DNA of 63,354 nt, counting the filler, from Rozella allomycis CSF55 (Eukaryota): assembly GCA_000442015.1 (NCBI GenBank). It is 8 parts of 8 records of this genome, joined end to end, with 100 filler letters (N's around TTAATTAATTAA, not from the genome) between each part and the next. Parts side by side here need not be neighbours in the genome. Positions count along the whole stretch, not along the records: positions 11,056 to 36,968 come from KE561055.1; 7 more parts are not named here. One strand, 5' to 3'. Positions 13,505 through 25,544 of the stretch are shown here, piece by piece (position 1 is the stretch's first letter; each line of letters begins with the position of its first letter). The notes below the pieces were generated by a model, which ran no database searches, was not told where the DNA came from, and saw nothing but the letters and a program-made list of their open reading frames with translations. A program made the position numbers and the translations under genes.

Positions 13505-15907
13505 CTAAAGAGGCTTGGCAAAGATGATGGTACTCAACAAAGCAGAATAGATCCCGTCTCAATTTATGGTTTTTATATCTATCTAGCGGATGTACTCGCT
13601 TCGCTCGCATTAAGAAATGGATTATGTTCGCTATTTTTCTCGCATAGATAAACTCAATAAAAAAGTTTGTTTCTAGGGTTATCCTCATAGATCGCATATT
13701 TTCATTCGCTCTGGGTTCGCACGCCAGTCGAGGGTTTGCGCTTCACTCGCTTTCACAATTCACATTGAAAAAGTGTTTTTTAATTGTGTACTGACTCTTT
13801 ATCCACATCCGAAAAGCTTAACGCTCGGACGACAACGTATAAGCATAATAAAAATTACTACTCATTATTGGCATCATGGAAGGTTCAATTTAATTCTTGA
13901 AAACCAATTAGTAATTACCATGCCAACTTCGCTTTTAGTAATACAGATGTTAAAAAACTTAATCAGGTACAGATCATGATAATTATTTGTTAGCAAAAAT
14001 AATCCATAACCAAGAATATATTTCCACAATTAGAAACAAGTTCTAAGAATAGTAAGACTNTAGCGGTTGTACTCGCTTCGCTCGCATTAAGAAATGGATT
14101 ATGTTCGTTATTTTTCTCGTATAGATAAAACCGATACCCCATACTTGCGCTTTATTAAAAAAAGTTTGTTTCTAGGGTTATCCTCATAGATCGGCATCGC
14201 ATATGTTTCATTAGCTCCGGGTTCGCACGTCAGTCGAGGGTTTGCGCTTCACTCGCTTTCAAATTGAAAAAGTGTTTTTATAGACTATTTTCCTGAGGAT
14301 AAGGCGAGATAAACAACTAACAAAGCGAAGCATTGTGTACTGACTATTTTATCCACATCCGAAAGGCTTAAAGCTCAGACGACAACGTATAAGCATTCAT
14401 AATAAAAAATACTACNCCACAATTCACATTGAAAAAGTGTTTTTTATAGACGATCTTCCTGAGGAGGATAATGCGAGATTAACAACTAACAAAGCGAATT
14501 GTATTGACTATTTTTTCCACATCCTGTCATACTTTACCTATTAGGGGGTCCTGGCACCCGTTTCCCGTAAAAATCCTGGTGATTTTTTCTGGTAATTTCC
14601 AAANCCTATCAAGCGTAAAACAGGGGCAGTTAAACATACTTCCGTTATTGTAGTAGTTGCCGACTTTACGATCAACATCCAACAAAGAAAGAAAAAAGGT
14701 AACATGTAAAGAGGCTTGGCAAAGATGATGGGGGTACTCAACAAAGCGGTTCAAGCAAAAACAATATTTCGTTTGAAACAAAGTGATATTTTTTAGAACT
14801 TTTTTTGTTGAAATAATTTCTTCATTTAGTATTCGGGGTTGTTAAGAATAGATTCCGTCTCATTTTATGGTTTTTATATCTAACTAGCGGTTGTACTCGC
14901 TTCGCTCGCATTAAGAAATGGATTATGTTCGNCGACAGACATCACAGAAACCATTCGACAACTTAAAGTAAGTGTGTAATCGAAGTGAAAATGATGTCAA
15001 CACGATTTTCAATAATCGTGTCTGGAGTCCGGGTCGTACCTCCCCGTCNCACCGGAACCCTCTCGTAAATAAATTTTCAAGAAAATAGAACATTTATCTA
15101 TTATTACTTAAATACTAATTAAAAAAAATCTTTGCTAAGCCATGGACAAACAGACATACATACACACACAGAAACCATTCGACAACCACTCCGATCAACG
15201 GTATAAATCCCTTAGGGAGTGTGTAATCGAAATGTGTTAACCCGATTTTCAATAATCGTGTCTGGAGTCCGGGTCGTACCTCCTGCTTTCTTATGCTTTT
15301 GTTTGTCTTTCCGGAATTCATATTACTAATATACTATACAAATATTTACTTTTCAAGAGTTTTTCGAATGTAATAGACTTAAAACCTCTTCAAATTTTCA
15401 CTTTACTAACTTTACTATGTATATCGAACGAGAAAAAGAGGCTAAAGACTAGAAAGAAACTTTCAATAAAAAATTTATTTTACTGACAAACCCCATTTCC
15501 TCTCATTTCCTGAATTTCTGGGCGCCACTTGCATGTCGAATTTCAAGGCATGGCTCGAGTCCAAAGGCTTTAAATTCATCCACAACAAGATCGAGTTTGC
15601 GCAAGGTACCTCCACATATATCCTATGATAGATACGACGCTATCATTATCCAAGTTTCCGAAAGATCTGTTCCTCGAGTTTATGCGTTGCGGCGAAGAGT
15701 TGGAGATACGAGCGCTGCTTGAGCCGTTTGACGATACGCAGGATTCTCTGTTTCTGGCGTTTATGAACAAGGAGAAGATCCAAAGAGAGATTTTTCGGGA
15801 GTGTTTGGAGTCGATGTTTGAGCGGGATGTGGAGATGGAGACGTTTTGTTTGGTAAGGGGCTTTGATGGGTGGAATAGTTTGTGGAGCAGTTGAGCAATG
15901 TGCAGAG

Positions 15908-15955
15908 TAGGGCTCCTATCAAATCAAATCAAATCAAATACAAATAGTTCCATCA
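15908..15955 (+). mobile_element. Isolated left end of the same hAT-like element, at a different insertion site
   Basis: TAGGGCTCCTATCAAATCAAATC... is identical to the end at 16342 but has a different upstream flank. Confidence 0.75.
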
Positions 15956-16341
15956 NCATCAACCAATCCATTAGTTGCTGGATTTAACAATAACTTTGAA
16001 TTGTTGATCCTCATAAAATTCTACTGTGACGATCCTCAAAGGAATATGGGCATTTTTCGCGGAATGTTACTTTTACATTTGATCAGCATCGATTTGACAA
16101 CGGATGGATGTTATATTATTCTCCCAGACAACTATGCCGGTAACGTTTTTAATTTTATTTCATTCTTTTACGGCCTGATCTTTTTTTGATTAATGTGCAG
16201 AATGAAATTCCTACATTTCACCTTTTTCAAGTTAAATTTACAAAAGCGCTTGATGACAAAAAGGCCTGCAAGTCAGTTACATAGTCTTAATTTTACTGGT
16301 CCTCTAAAACCAAGAAACCAATCAAAGGGTACACAAAGCAA

Positions 16342-17752
16342 TAGGGCTCCTATCAAATCAAATCAAATCAAATACAAATAGTTCCATCAAATACAAGTCA
16401 AATAGTTGGCGTAACTATTTGACTTGCTCGATATTTGCAAATATTTGCAAATAGTTTGCAAATACTTACAAGCCACTGAAACTGTTAATACATGTGTTTG
16501 AAAACCGTGAAGAGTGCTGATGAGACTCACAGTGAAGTTTGCGTTGCAAATGTAATAGTTATGTTGCTTTGAATATTGCAAGACCATTTTCTCAAAACAA
16601 GATCAACAAATGATTAAGAGATACGTGGTTCACCACGAAATGCTAGATAAAGAAATCAACGATCCTGGCGTTACATCGATATCAAAGAGTGAATGTCCAC
16701 ACTTTTTCGATTCCCTGGATATTCTAAGTGGTCCAGTATGGCCGAAATATTCAAAATTCACTTTTGAAACAAAACACTTGAGTTTCACTTTTCTTTCTTC
16801 TTTATGACCATTTTGATGGAAAGAGGATTGATTTCTTGATGAGCATGCGTGTTTTTGTTCACATCCTCAACAAGATCCCACGCACGCCCAAATTGTGTCA
16901 TTTCTCTGTACTAGTGTCTATTAGTAACGTTCACTCGTTCATTCTCTTATCGATGGTATGAAAGAACGCGGGATCGCATGTGAGCCAATGCAATTATGAA
17001 TGTCAATTCCATGTGAATCGCAATTCAAAATGAAAACCGGAAACGAGAGTCTAGAAAGTTGAAAACTTTAATTGATCTGCAGAACAAAGGTATCAACCTC
17101 CGGAGCAAGTTGTGAGAAAGATGCACGAACCACATAATGCATCACGTATAATTGAGGTATATATTTGTATTTTGGCTTGAGTTTTGTAAAAACCTAGGAA
17201 ACCTTGTAAACCTTCTATATAGATCACTGACCCCTAACCCCTGAAATAAATAATTTATGGCAACGACATCACCAATCGATCTTGAAGCAGTTCAAACGCA
17301 GTTAAATAAATTGCAGGATGAGATATCAAGCATTACTGCTTTACAGGAAAAGGAAGTCAATGAATGGACCCAGGAAGAGATAAGAATATATANACATTAT
17401 GCAGAGATAAATTCAAATATAACCCGCGTGTAAAGTCGAACTTGTTAAAATTTTCTAAGAAAGAGCACCATAAGGCTTTCCAAAGGTCACAGGAGCAATG
17501 CGAAGGAGTTCTAGAGGTACATAGAGTAAGTAGTGAGAAGACTCAAGTGACATCCGACCCATTCTAAGTCATTTTTTTGTGTAAATAAGCGAAATTTTAC
17601 ATATTAGGTATTTGATAACTATTTGCAAATAATTTGGACCTTTTGAAACTATTTGCAAATCAAATACAAATAGTTTTTGTGCTATTTGATTTGCAAGTAT
17701 TTGCACTATTTGCAAATCAAATACAAATAGTTACTATTTGATAGGAGCCCTA
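16342..17752 (+). mobile_element. Degenerate hAT-family DNA transposon with 17-bp perfect TIRs
   Basis: TAGGGCTCCTATCAAAT (16342-16358) and ATTTGATAGGAGCCCTA (17736-17752), with subterminal ATTTGCAAAT repeats at both ends. Internal remnants: CFEYCKTIF..KRYVVHH (BED-like) and HSLIDGMKERGIACEPM...HEPHNASRIIE (hAT-like). Confidence 0.8.
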
Positions 17753-17901
17753 NNNNNNNNNNNNNNNNNNNNNNNNNNNNNNNNNNNNNNNNNNNNNNNN
17801 NNNNNNNNNNNNNNNNNNNNNNNNNNNNNNNNNNNNNNNNNNNNNNNNNNNNNNNNNNGTAAACACTATGCCAATTACAATTGTGATCTATAGCAATTTA
17901 T

Positions 17902-18488
17902 TTAAATATTGAAAAAAGTGTCCATTTTTACATTACCGTAGTTTTGCCGGGCCAAGGACTTTTTTGCCACTTCAATATCAACGTTTATGTCATCTATTAG
18001 ATCCTCTAAATTATTATAGTAGCTCAATAATTACTGAGATTTGGATAGTTCTTTTCCTCTCTAATGTAGCCACAAACTGCTATTCGAATCTCATGACCGT
18101 AAAAATCGCGATCAAATTTATGGATTATATGGACCTCCTAAAATAAAAATATTATCATGTATTACTGCTGACTTTTTTTCATTTTTATAAAATGGATTCC
18201 AGCCAACACTCATTACCATAGGATAAACTTTGGATTCATCATTCAAACCAATAACCATTGCCCATCCATAATAGACCCCCAAGTTTTGCAGTCCTGATAC
18301 GATAATGTGTACACAACTTTCTTCCATATTCGCTTATTTGCGTCAATTTCTCGTAATTTACCTGTTGGAATTCCAAGTTCTTTACTTCCCCTACCAAACC
18401 CCTTAACAACACTACCAGATGCCAATAGTGGAAAAGGTTTTATTAATTTTTCAGGGCCAACTATTAATGGCCTCTGATTAATGGTCAT
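17902..18488 (-). CDS. FMN1: Riboflavin kinase
   Basis: [56 protein letters not shown]. Multi-exon. Confidence 0.95.
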
Positions 18489-18551
18489 TGTGGAATCTTC
18501 AAATTTCACAAATTTTGTTCTTTGAATGTTCAATTTATTTATTTATTTATN

Positions 18552-21500
18552 GGTGCAGAGGGTGTATCAGGTTGAGTGCTTGTTTGAGTGTTTGGAGGAT
18601 AAAGATAGTGGAAGGAGGAGTGAGAGAGCTCAGAGAGGAAAGAGTGGAATGATGGTCGAGAAGAGTAAAATTGTTTTGGAGCATTTTCATGAGTTGGTTG
18701 ATGAAACTAGTTTTGTTGTAAGGATTGTTTGTTGCGTGGATTAGAATCACTTTCAAGATTTCCAGAGATTGATATCAAATCCAGAGTTGTTTTTGCATGT
18801 TTTAAAAGTTGTATCAAAATATTTATTGCCAGAAGAATTAAATGTAAAAATTGTTGATAGAATTGAAAGGATAAACTGATAAAAGAATTATTGAAACAAA
18901 TACCAACTGTGAATCCAATAATGTTACCAGAACTGATTGAGAGTGTTTGTGAAATGGCAACAAAGTCGAATTGTAAAGTTATCATAGAAGAATTGAGAGA
19001 ATCAATTGACGTTGAAATTTTAAAGAAAGTTCCAAATTTCTTGCAACTTGAAGAGAGATTATTTGGTATTGAATTGAATGCGAGATGAATTTAGGTGGAA
19101 TAATAAGACAATTCAAAGTCCAGTCAAGTCTGAGGGATGCTTATCTAAAAGAATTTGAAACAGTTAATAAAATTTTGGATTTTGATTGGGTTTGCATTTC
19201 GCTTTTAATTTCACAGCCAACAATGAAAAAGAAGATTGAAAGTGCCTTGAAAAAGAAGGAAATTTCGGAAATAGATTTAGAATATTTGAAGAATGTTTTA
19301 GAGAATTGTGTGTATATTATTAAAGAGTAATAAGTGAATTGATTGTAGAAAGATTGAATGAAGGATGGATAAGAATTGCGTCATTAATTCTTCAATTGGG
19401 AAAAGAGTTGAATGAAAATGAAGTTTATGAGAAATTGTTTGAATCTGGAAATTTACAACAATGCCAAGAGATTGTTCATTCAATAATAACGTTGATTAGT
19501 TTGAATAATTTTAATATACAAGAAAAGGCACTGAATGTTTTAATTAATCTTTCAAAGAAGTATAAATTAAAAATGAAACCATTTTTTATGTTTATTAGAG
19601 GGTTATTGGAATATGTTGATTCAATACAGAGTGAATCAGTTCTTTACAAATTATTTTTTCTATTGTTTTATTTGGCTCAAGTAAAAAGATTTCTTTGAAT
19701 TAAAAGAATGATGAATCACTTGAAAATCAATTGCAGATATTTGTTAGAAAGAATTTATCAAGTCCCAAATTGGAATATAAAAAGATTGGATTAATTTCAT
19801 CAATGGCGTTTATTCAAGTGAACCAAGAAACAAAAGCCATAGATTTATTAGATCTTGTTAATTCATCGTGTAGATATTCTTCTGTTCATTCTGCAATGCT
19901 TTATGATTGTTTAGCACATTCAGTTGAACAAGATGAATTCCCTTTGAATGATGAAACAATTTCAATCATAAACAAACTGTTTTGTGGCTACTTTGGAGAT
20001 TTCTTTATTATGGACCATCAAGACATTCAAAGTTACTTACAAGATGAAAAATCAGACTTGCTGTATTCACTAAATGATGAAAATGAAATTAATGAAAATT
20101 CAATGGCAATTTCAATAATTCCAAATATTGTTTCATCTTTAGATTCAAGATCTATTGACCCCAGTTTTCGGATTGTCACACTTGCGCCATTTTTTAGATT
20201 GGTTGCTGCTTGTCAATTAAAAATAAACAAATCATTTAAAAAGATTGAAAAATTGTTGAGTGCTCCATTAGCTCTTTATAAAGATATGGATATGAATGAC
20301 AATAGTGATGAAATAGTGGGGCATGCGTTGTTTGCATCAATTCAATGGATAAGAGAATGCATCAGATGTTTCTCTTTAAACAAAGATTACAAAAGTAGTA
20401 TTGTTTCTCTTTTTCTTTAATAGATTTTATTTTCCAGAGATTGGAATTACTTGAAACGCTACAAACATCATTTGAATCATTTTTGAAATCTAATCCAAAT
20501 TTTAAACCTCTGGGAAATGATCTATCTGTGGCTTGTACATCTAAAGAAAAGTAAAAAAGATCTAAAAATCTAAAAAGGAAATCAAATTCAATTAATGAAG
20601 TTTACAAATTGTTTAGACCAATTTCAAATGTTTTAAATTTTCTAAAAGAAATAAAAGATGAATCTGATGATCTAGTAAATTTCATTTTGTCAATTTTTGA
20701 TGATTCAAAAGTTGAAATTAACAAATTTTCAAATGAATTAACAAAAATAGCCACAAGCGAGAAATTTATTAAAAGCAAAAGCAAATCGATTGAATTACTC
20801 GTCAAAGGAAACTGTAAAGTTGAAAACTACAAAAGTTTAATTGAAAATGTTTCTTCAATTGATGATGCAGTCAATCTAGTCAAATTACTAGAAAATGAAA
20901 TGGAAAAATCTGAATTGTTGAAATTTATTAATAAAATGATTGAAAAGGAGTGGGAATATTCATCTTCAGAAAAGATTATTTTTCTTTTTCAAAAANCAGA
21001 AAAGATCATTTTTCTTTTTCAAAAAGCTCTAACCCTTGCAGATCTAAATCTAAGCCACTTAAAAAAACAGATTGAAAATGTTTGTGAAATTCTAAAAGAA
21101 AAAGACAAGGAAGATTCATTTCTTTATACATTAAAAAATCTTCCATTTTTATACAAAGTAAATCAATTTCAATTCTTTAATAGATTCTGTTTCAGAGATT
21201 GTCAAGTCTTGTTGAAATTTGCTATGATCTAGATGATTTAGAAACAATCGTTGATTTATTCAAGAGTCTTGTAATGTTGGTCAAGAAGCAAAAATCATTG
21301 GCTCCGCATTGCATCAAACTAACAAGACCATTTGTAGAATCAATTTTAAAACACATCTTTCCATGGCTGCAAGATGCAATCCAAGCTGATTTGAATAAAG
21401 TCACTTTAATCTTACAATCATTCCAGCAAGCAACGCGATTTGTGAATTCCATTTGTTCGCAAATCAAATCAGAGAAACAAAATGCGATTGTTTCTAAAAT

Positions 21501-21740
21501 ACCGCCTTTGAAAAAAGTATTGGAAACTTTTATTATCAAAGTACAGCAATTGTATAGCAGCGGGGGATTTCAAGAAGCGTTTTGGATTGGTATGTGTTAT
21601 CATTGTGTGTGATCAAGGGACTTTGAAACATAGGAATATGGATGGCGATATCATGTGCTCTCAATATGTTGCCCAAGAGTCTAAAGAAGAGACTGTGCAA
21701 AAGTCTACAAAGAAGAGAGTTCTTGTGGCGCCAAGTGAAN
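18552..21740 (+). CDS. FANCD2: Fanconi anemia group D2 protein homologue (5' truncated)
   Basis: QIFVRKNLSSPKLEYKKIGLI matches the FANCD2 monoubiquitination segment (IRKQLSS..FKYK.IG). The C-terminus QQATRFVNSICSQIK..IPPLKKVLETFI..AFWIG/TLKHRNMDG matches the FANCD2 tail. Confidence 0.88.
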
Positions 21741-21813
21741 TTATGGACATATAACATATATTTTATTGTATACAACTAATTTAAATAAAGTGCATTTCAT
21801 TCCCAAGTGTAAT

Positions 21814-23008
21814 TTATTTAATTTGCAATAATTCTTCCCTGCGATTCAAAAAAAGATTGTTCAAGTATTCAATGTTATCAAAAGTAGCTTTCATGCTCGT
21901 TTTTTGACTGTCTGTTAGCGAATCACCTCTCCTCATTTCTGCTCCTTTGATCCTAGCCATTATTCTCTGGTTCGCTTCAATTCTTGCAGAAATTTGTTTA
22001 ATTACCGGCTCCACATCCGATTTGGACAGCTTGAGCGCTCTAGCAGAGTTTACTATGTTTTTCATTACTCTGGGTGCCCACGAACTTGTATATTCATGTA
22101 TAGATTGAGTTTCATCCGGGTTCGGAATTTTAACTCCTNTCATCTGGGTTCGGAATTTTAACTCCTCTTAGATATCTCTTGTACTGTGCGATTAGCTGCT
22201 GTCTGTCTTCAGGTTTCAAATCTTTAAGTTTTTCCACTGAGTACCAATCCTTTAAAGTAGTGGTTACATCACCATGTCCCTTGAAACTGGCGTACTCTGG
22301 AATTCTTTGGTAAGATCTCTGCCATTCCTTCAATTCGTCGGCATACTTTTTTGTTTCACGATACTTGCTCTCGTCATACGTTTTCGATTTCTGCATTTTC
22401 GCAAGCTCTTTATCCAAAAGCCCAATTTTCCAAGACACTTGATTTAACAGCGGCTCAATCTGCGGCTTTTTCAGTTTAAGAATATCATTGGACTCTCTAA
22501 TATTTGACAAAAACCTGCTGCCATCGCTGGGCGACAGTTTTTCGAGATTGAATTTTTTGAGGAATTTGCTGTACGATTCGTAAAGCTCGAGGCGGTCAGG
22601 CGGCTGCAATTTGTTGATGTTGTTTAAGCGGTACCAGTCTCCGAGCGTATCTGCAATTCGGCCGTTACTTGTGAAGCTGTTTCTGTGGGCGTAATAGTTT
22701 GGAGGAGGCGCAAGGAGGCTTTCTTGATAGCTTGGCGGATGCACTGATGATGGGCTGTAGGACGGTGGACGAGGAGCGTCATTGACAATGGACTGTTGCA
22801 CTTGATTACGGCTAGTTCCAGAATGTAAGGGTGTTTGTGTTGTCGAACGAGCTGGATCATATGGCTTTTTCTGGAATGTCGATTTTAGTCTGTTCCAGGA
22901 AAATAGTTTTGGTTTTGGTGTGTTTACCAGAGGTGAAGATGTTACTGTGTTGATGCAAAATATTGCAATCAGGAATGGAAAATAGAAATGTTTGCTTATT
23001 CCCCGCAT
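21814..23008 (-). CDS. Secreted orphan protein with PPxY cluster and a twice-repeated helical domain (effector candidate)
   Basis: Signal peptide MRGISKHFYFPFLIAIFCINTVTS-SP. ORFs 22130..23008 and 21814..22143 join across the n duplication (GVKIPNPD overlap). Intronless. Confidence 0.75.
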
Positions 23009-23272
23009 TTTTGATTTAAATGAAACAAGGGGACTAGGAGTCAGAGCCGAATATAGATTCTATTTTTACCACAATGAACTAGCCACTTTAAATGAAAAGT
23101 ATTGATATGGTAAATTTGAAGATATTAGACCTAGGTAATTGACACATCAAACCTGATCACTCTTTTTCGGTCACCCCCATTCGAATACTGAAGTGACCCA
23201 ATTTTCTTAAAATTTGATGTTTTGTTTAAAAAATGCATTCAATTTTTAATTCAAACGTATTGGAGACTAAAT

Positions 23273-24294
23273 CTATTTTATTTGCTGTAAATCTCGCTGG
23301 CGATTCGATAAGACGATGTTTTGGTGCTCGAGTTCAAAATAATCAAACTTCATGCTCTTTTTTTGACTATCTGTTAGAGATTCGGGTCTAGTTGTATCTG
23401 TGAGTTTGGCTTTGATCTTGTCCATAATTTTATCAATCGCTTTGATTCTTGCAGAGAGTTGATCAATTAGCGGTTCCACATCAGATGTGGACAGTTTGAG
23501 CGTTTTTGCAGAGTTCACTATATTGTGCATGACTCTGGGTGCCCAAGAGCTTGTATAATCGTTTACAAGCTGACTTTCATTAGGAATCTTAAGTATTCTT
23601 AGATACCTTTTGTACTCTGCAATTAAATATTGCCTGTCTTGTTCTTTCAAGTCTTCGAATTTCCCTGCTGAATACCATTCTTTAAGAGATTTCGTTACAT
23701 CCCCATTTACCATAAAACTGGCGTGCTCTGGAATCTGCTCATAAGATTTTTTCCATTCTTTTAGTTCATCGGAGTACATTTTTGTCTCCCGATATTTATT
23801 CTCGTCAAAAGTTTTTGATTTCTTCATTTTTGCAAGCTCTTTATTCAAAGTTTCAATTTGCTCAGATATTTTTTTTATCATTGGCTCAACAAGTGGTTTT
23901 TTCAGTTTCAAAATGTTATTGGACTCTCTGATATTCCATAAAAATTGGTTCCCTTCGCTAGGGGACAATTTCCCGAGATTGAAGTTTTTGATAAATTTGT
24001 TATATGATTCATACAGCTCGAGACGATCCGGTGGTTGCAACTTGCTGATATCATTTACCCTATACCATTGTCCAAGCGTATCAGCAATTCTACCGTTACT
24101 TTTGAAGCTTGTACTGCTTGCATAATAACTTGGGACAGGGGGCATTTCTTGGTTGCCAGTCCGTCTTGTATAATAGTTTGGGGAGGAATCATGGGGTTTT
24201 CATGATCGCTTTGTGATGATCTGTAACGAGGTAAAGTAGAGGATGGCCGTTGCTCATGTTGATGTTGTGCTATTTATGAAAAAAATAGCAAAAC
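23273..24294 (-). CDS. Tandem paralogue of the 21814-23008 protein; its 5' end is out of frame (possible pseudogene)
   Basis: Shares SNGRIADTLG.WYR..I.KLQPPDRLELYESY and YTSSWAPRVM.NIVNSA with its neighbour. A signal-peptide remnant FAIFFINSTTST* lies in another frame. Confidence 0.7.
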
Positions 24295-25039
24295 NTCTAA
24301 GACATCGGCCAATACAGAACATTAAAAGAATAACGGAACGGGAAGTAGTATTACTGCTTAATCAACACGTTACAAGATAATATACAACACATTAGCATCT
24401 GCCACCAGAATGTCGCACATTAAACCCCATCAAATTGTCAACTGTATTTTAAAAAACAATTTTCACATATTCACATGACTCTGTAGTATTTAACGCTTTA
24501 CCAAAACCTGACTCAAATTCAGTCCTTTCTCCGAGACACAGTCAATCATGCAGGACGACAAAAACTAACAACACATAGGCGTACTGATCAGTGTACACAC
24601 GTATCTTGTTAATTTTGTTCAATCCGTAGTGCGCTCAAGCTTCTACCGCAGCACGGTCCACTCTCATTACGGTATGATGAATTGCCTCCTTACGTCAATT
24701 TACTACCCAGCTGAAAGGCAACCACTTGACGTCGGACCACTAGAAAGTTAAATTATACGTAAGGCCGATATGACGGAAGATACAACATCTATAACTGTTA
24801 ACGATTGGAATTACAAATTGTCATTTATTTTCCTGAGTTATCTGTCAATTTGCTTTCTGTATCAATTGCATTTAAGAATTAGAATGTGTCGATGCAATTT
24901 AACAATGGTATTGGCACAATTCAACATCAAGGCAAAGCAGTTTTTATCGCACTTTAAACAAATTCCGTATATATTCTTGATTATCAGGTTGAAACAAACA
25001 GAGTCTGGAGAACGAACAAAATAAAAAATAGACATTACT

Positions 25040-25249
25040 TACTAAATTTATGGCATCAAAGATTGGGACATATAAGGGAAACATATCTAATGACGTCATC
25101 CACTCAACATATGGTTCGTGGAATTCCAGGCAGGCGAACATTTAGAGTTTTGTGAAATTTGGGCCAACGCGAGTGTCTTTCAAGGGAAACAGACCTGAAG
25201 CAAAAGACATTGGAGAAGTTTTGCACACAGATTTGTGTGCAGACAAATA
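25040..25249 (+). mobile_element. Ty1/copia pol fragment (GAG-pre-integrase and start of integrase)
   Basis: LWHQRLGHIRE...MVRGIPG..FCEI..RVSFKGNRPEAKDIGEVLHTDLC. Confidence 0.8.
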
Positions 25250-25544
25250 NGGTCGTCGACTGACTCGACACTGGACTCGACGCATCAAGAAGTTTGATAT
25301 ATAGATTGTTTTATTCAGTTCAGTGAGTTTAAGAACAGAAGTGAAGAAAGAAATCCAAAGATTCTAGATTTAAGGAATAGACATGCAGTGATAGGAGACA
25401 GAGTGATGAGGAAAGGGAAGCGAGGAATGCCTTTGAATCAAGCTCAAGTTCATGAATTTAACATTTTACATATAGATGATAATGAAATGACAATAAAGGA
25501 TGTTTGTTTTTGAAGGATGATCTTTCATGATGAAGTCTTAGCCC

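Larger units (their letters stand above)
11500..15285 (-). mobile_element. Cluster of non-autonomous Helitron-like elements and fragments
   Basis: On the minus strand, GCGAGCGAAGCGAGT hairpin + ~7 nt + CTAG at ~13583 and ~14884 (third copy at ~14061, cut by n). Also an acagacatacatacacacac microsatellite tract and a ~130-nt repeat at ~11881, 12088, 14935 and 15150. Confidence 0.55.

Noticed and set aside
11881-15285. CRISPR-like array or known self-cleaving ribozyme
   Set aside because: The repeats are long, diverged and irregularly spaced, there are no cas genes, and no hammerhead or other core consensus was recognisable by eye.
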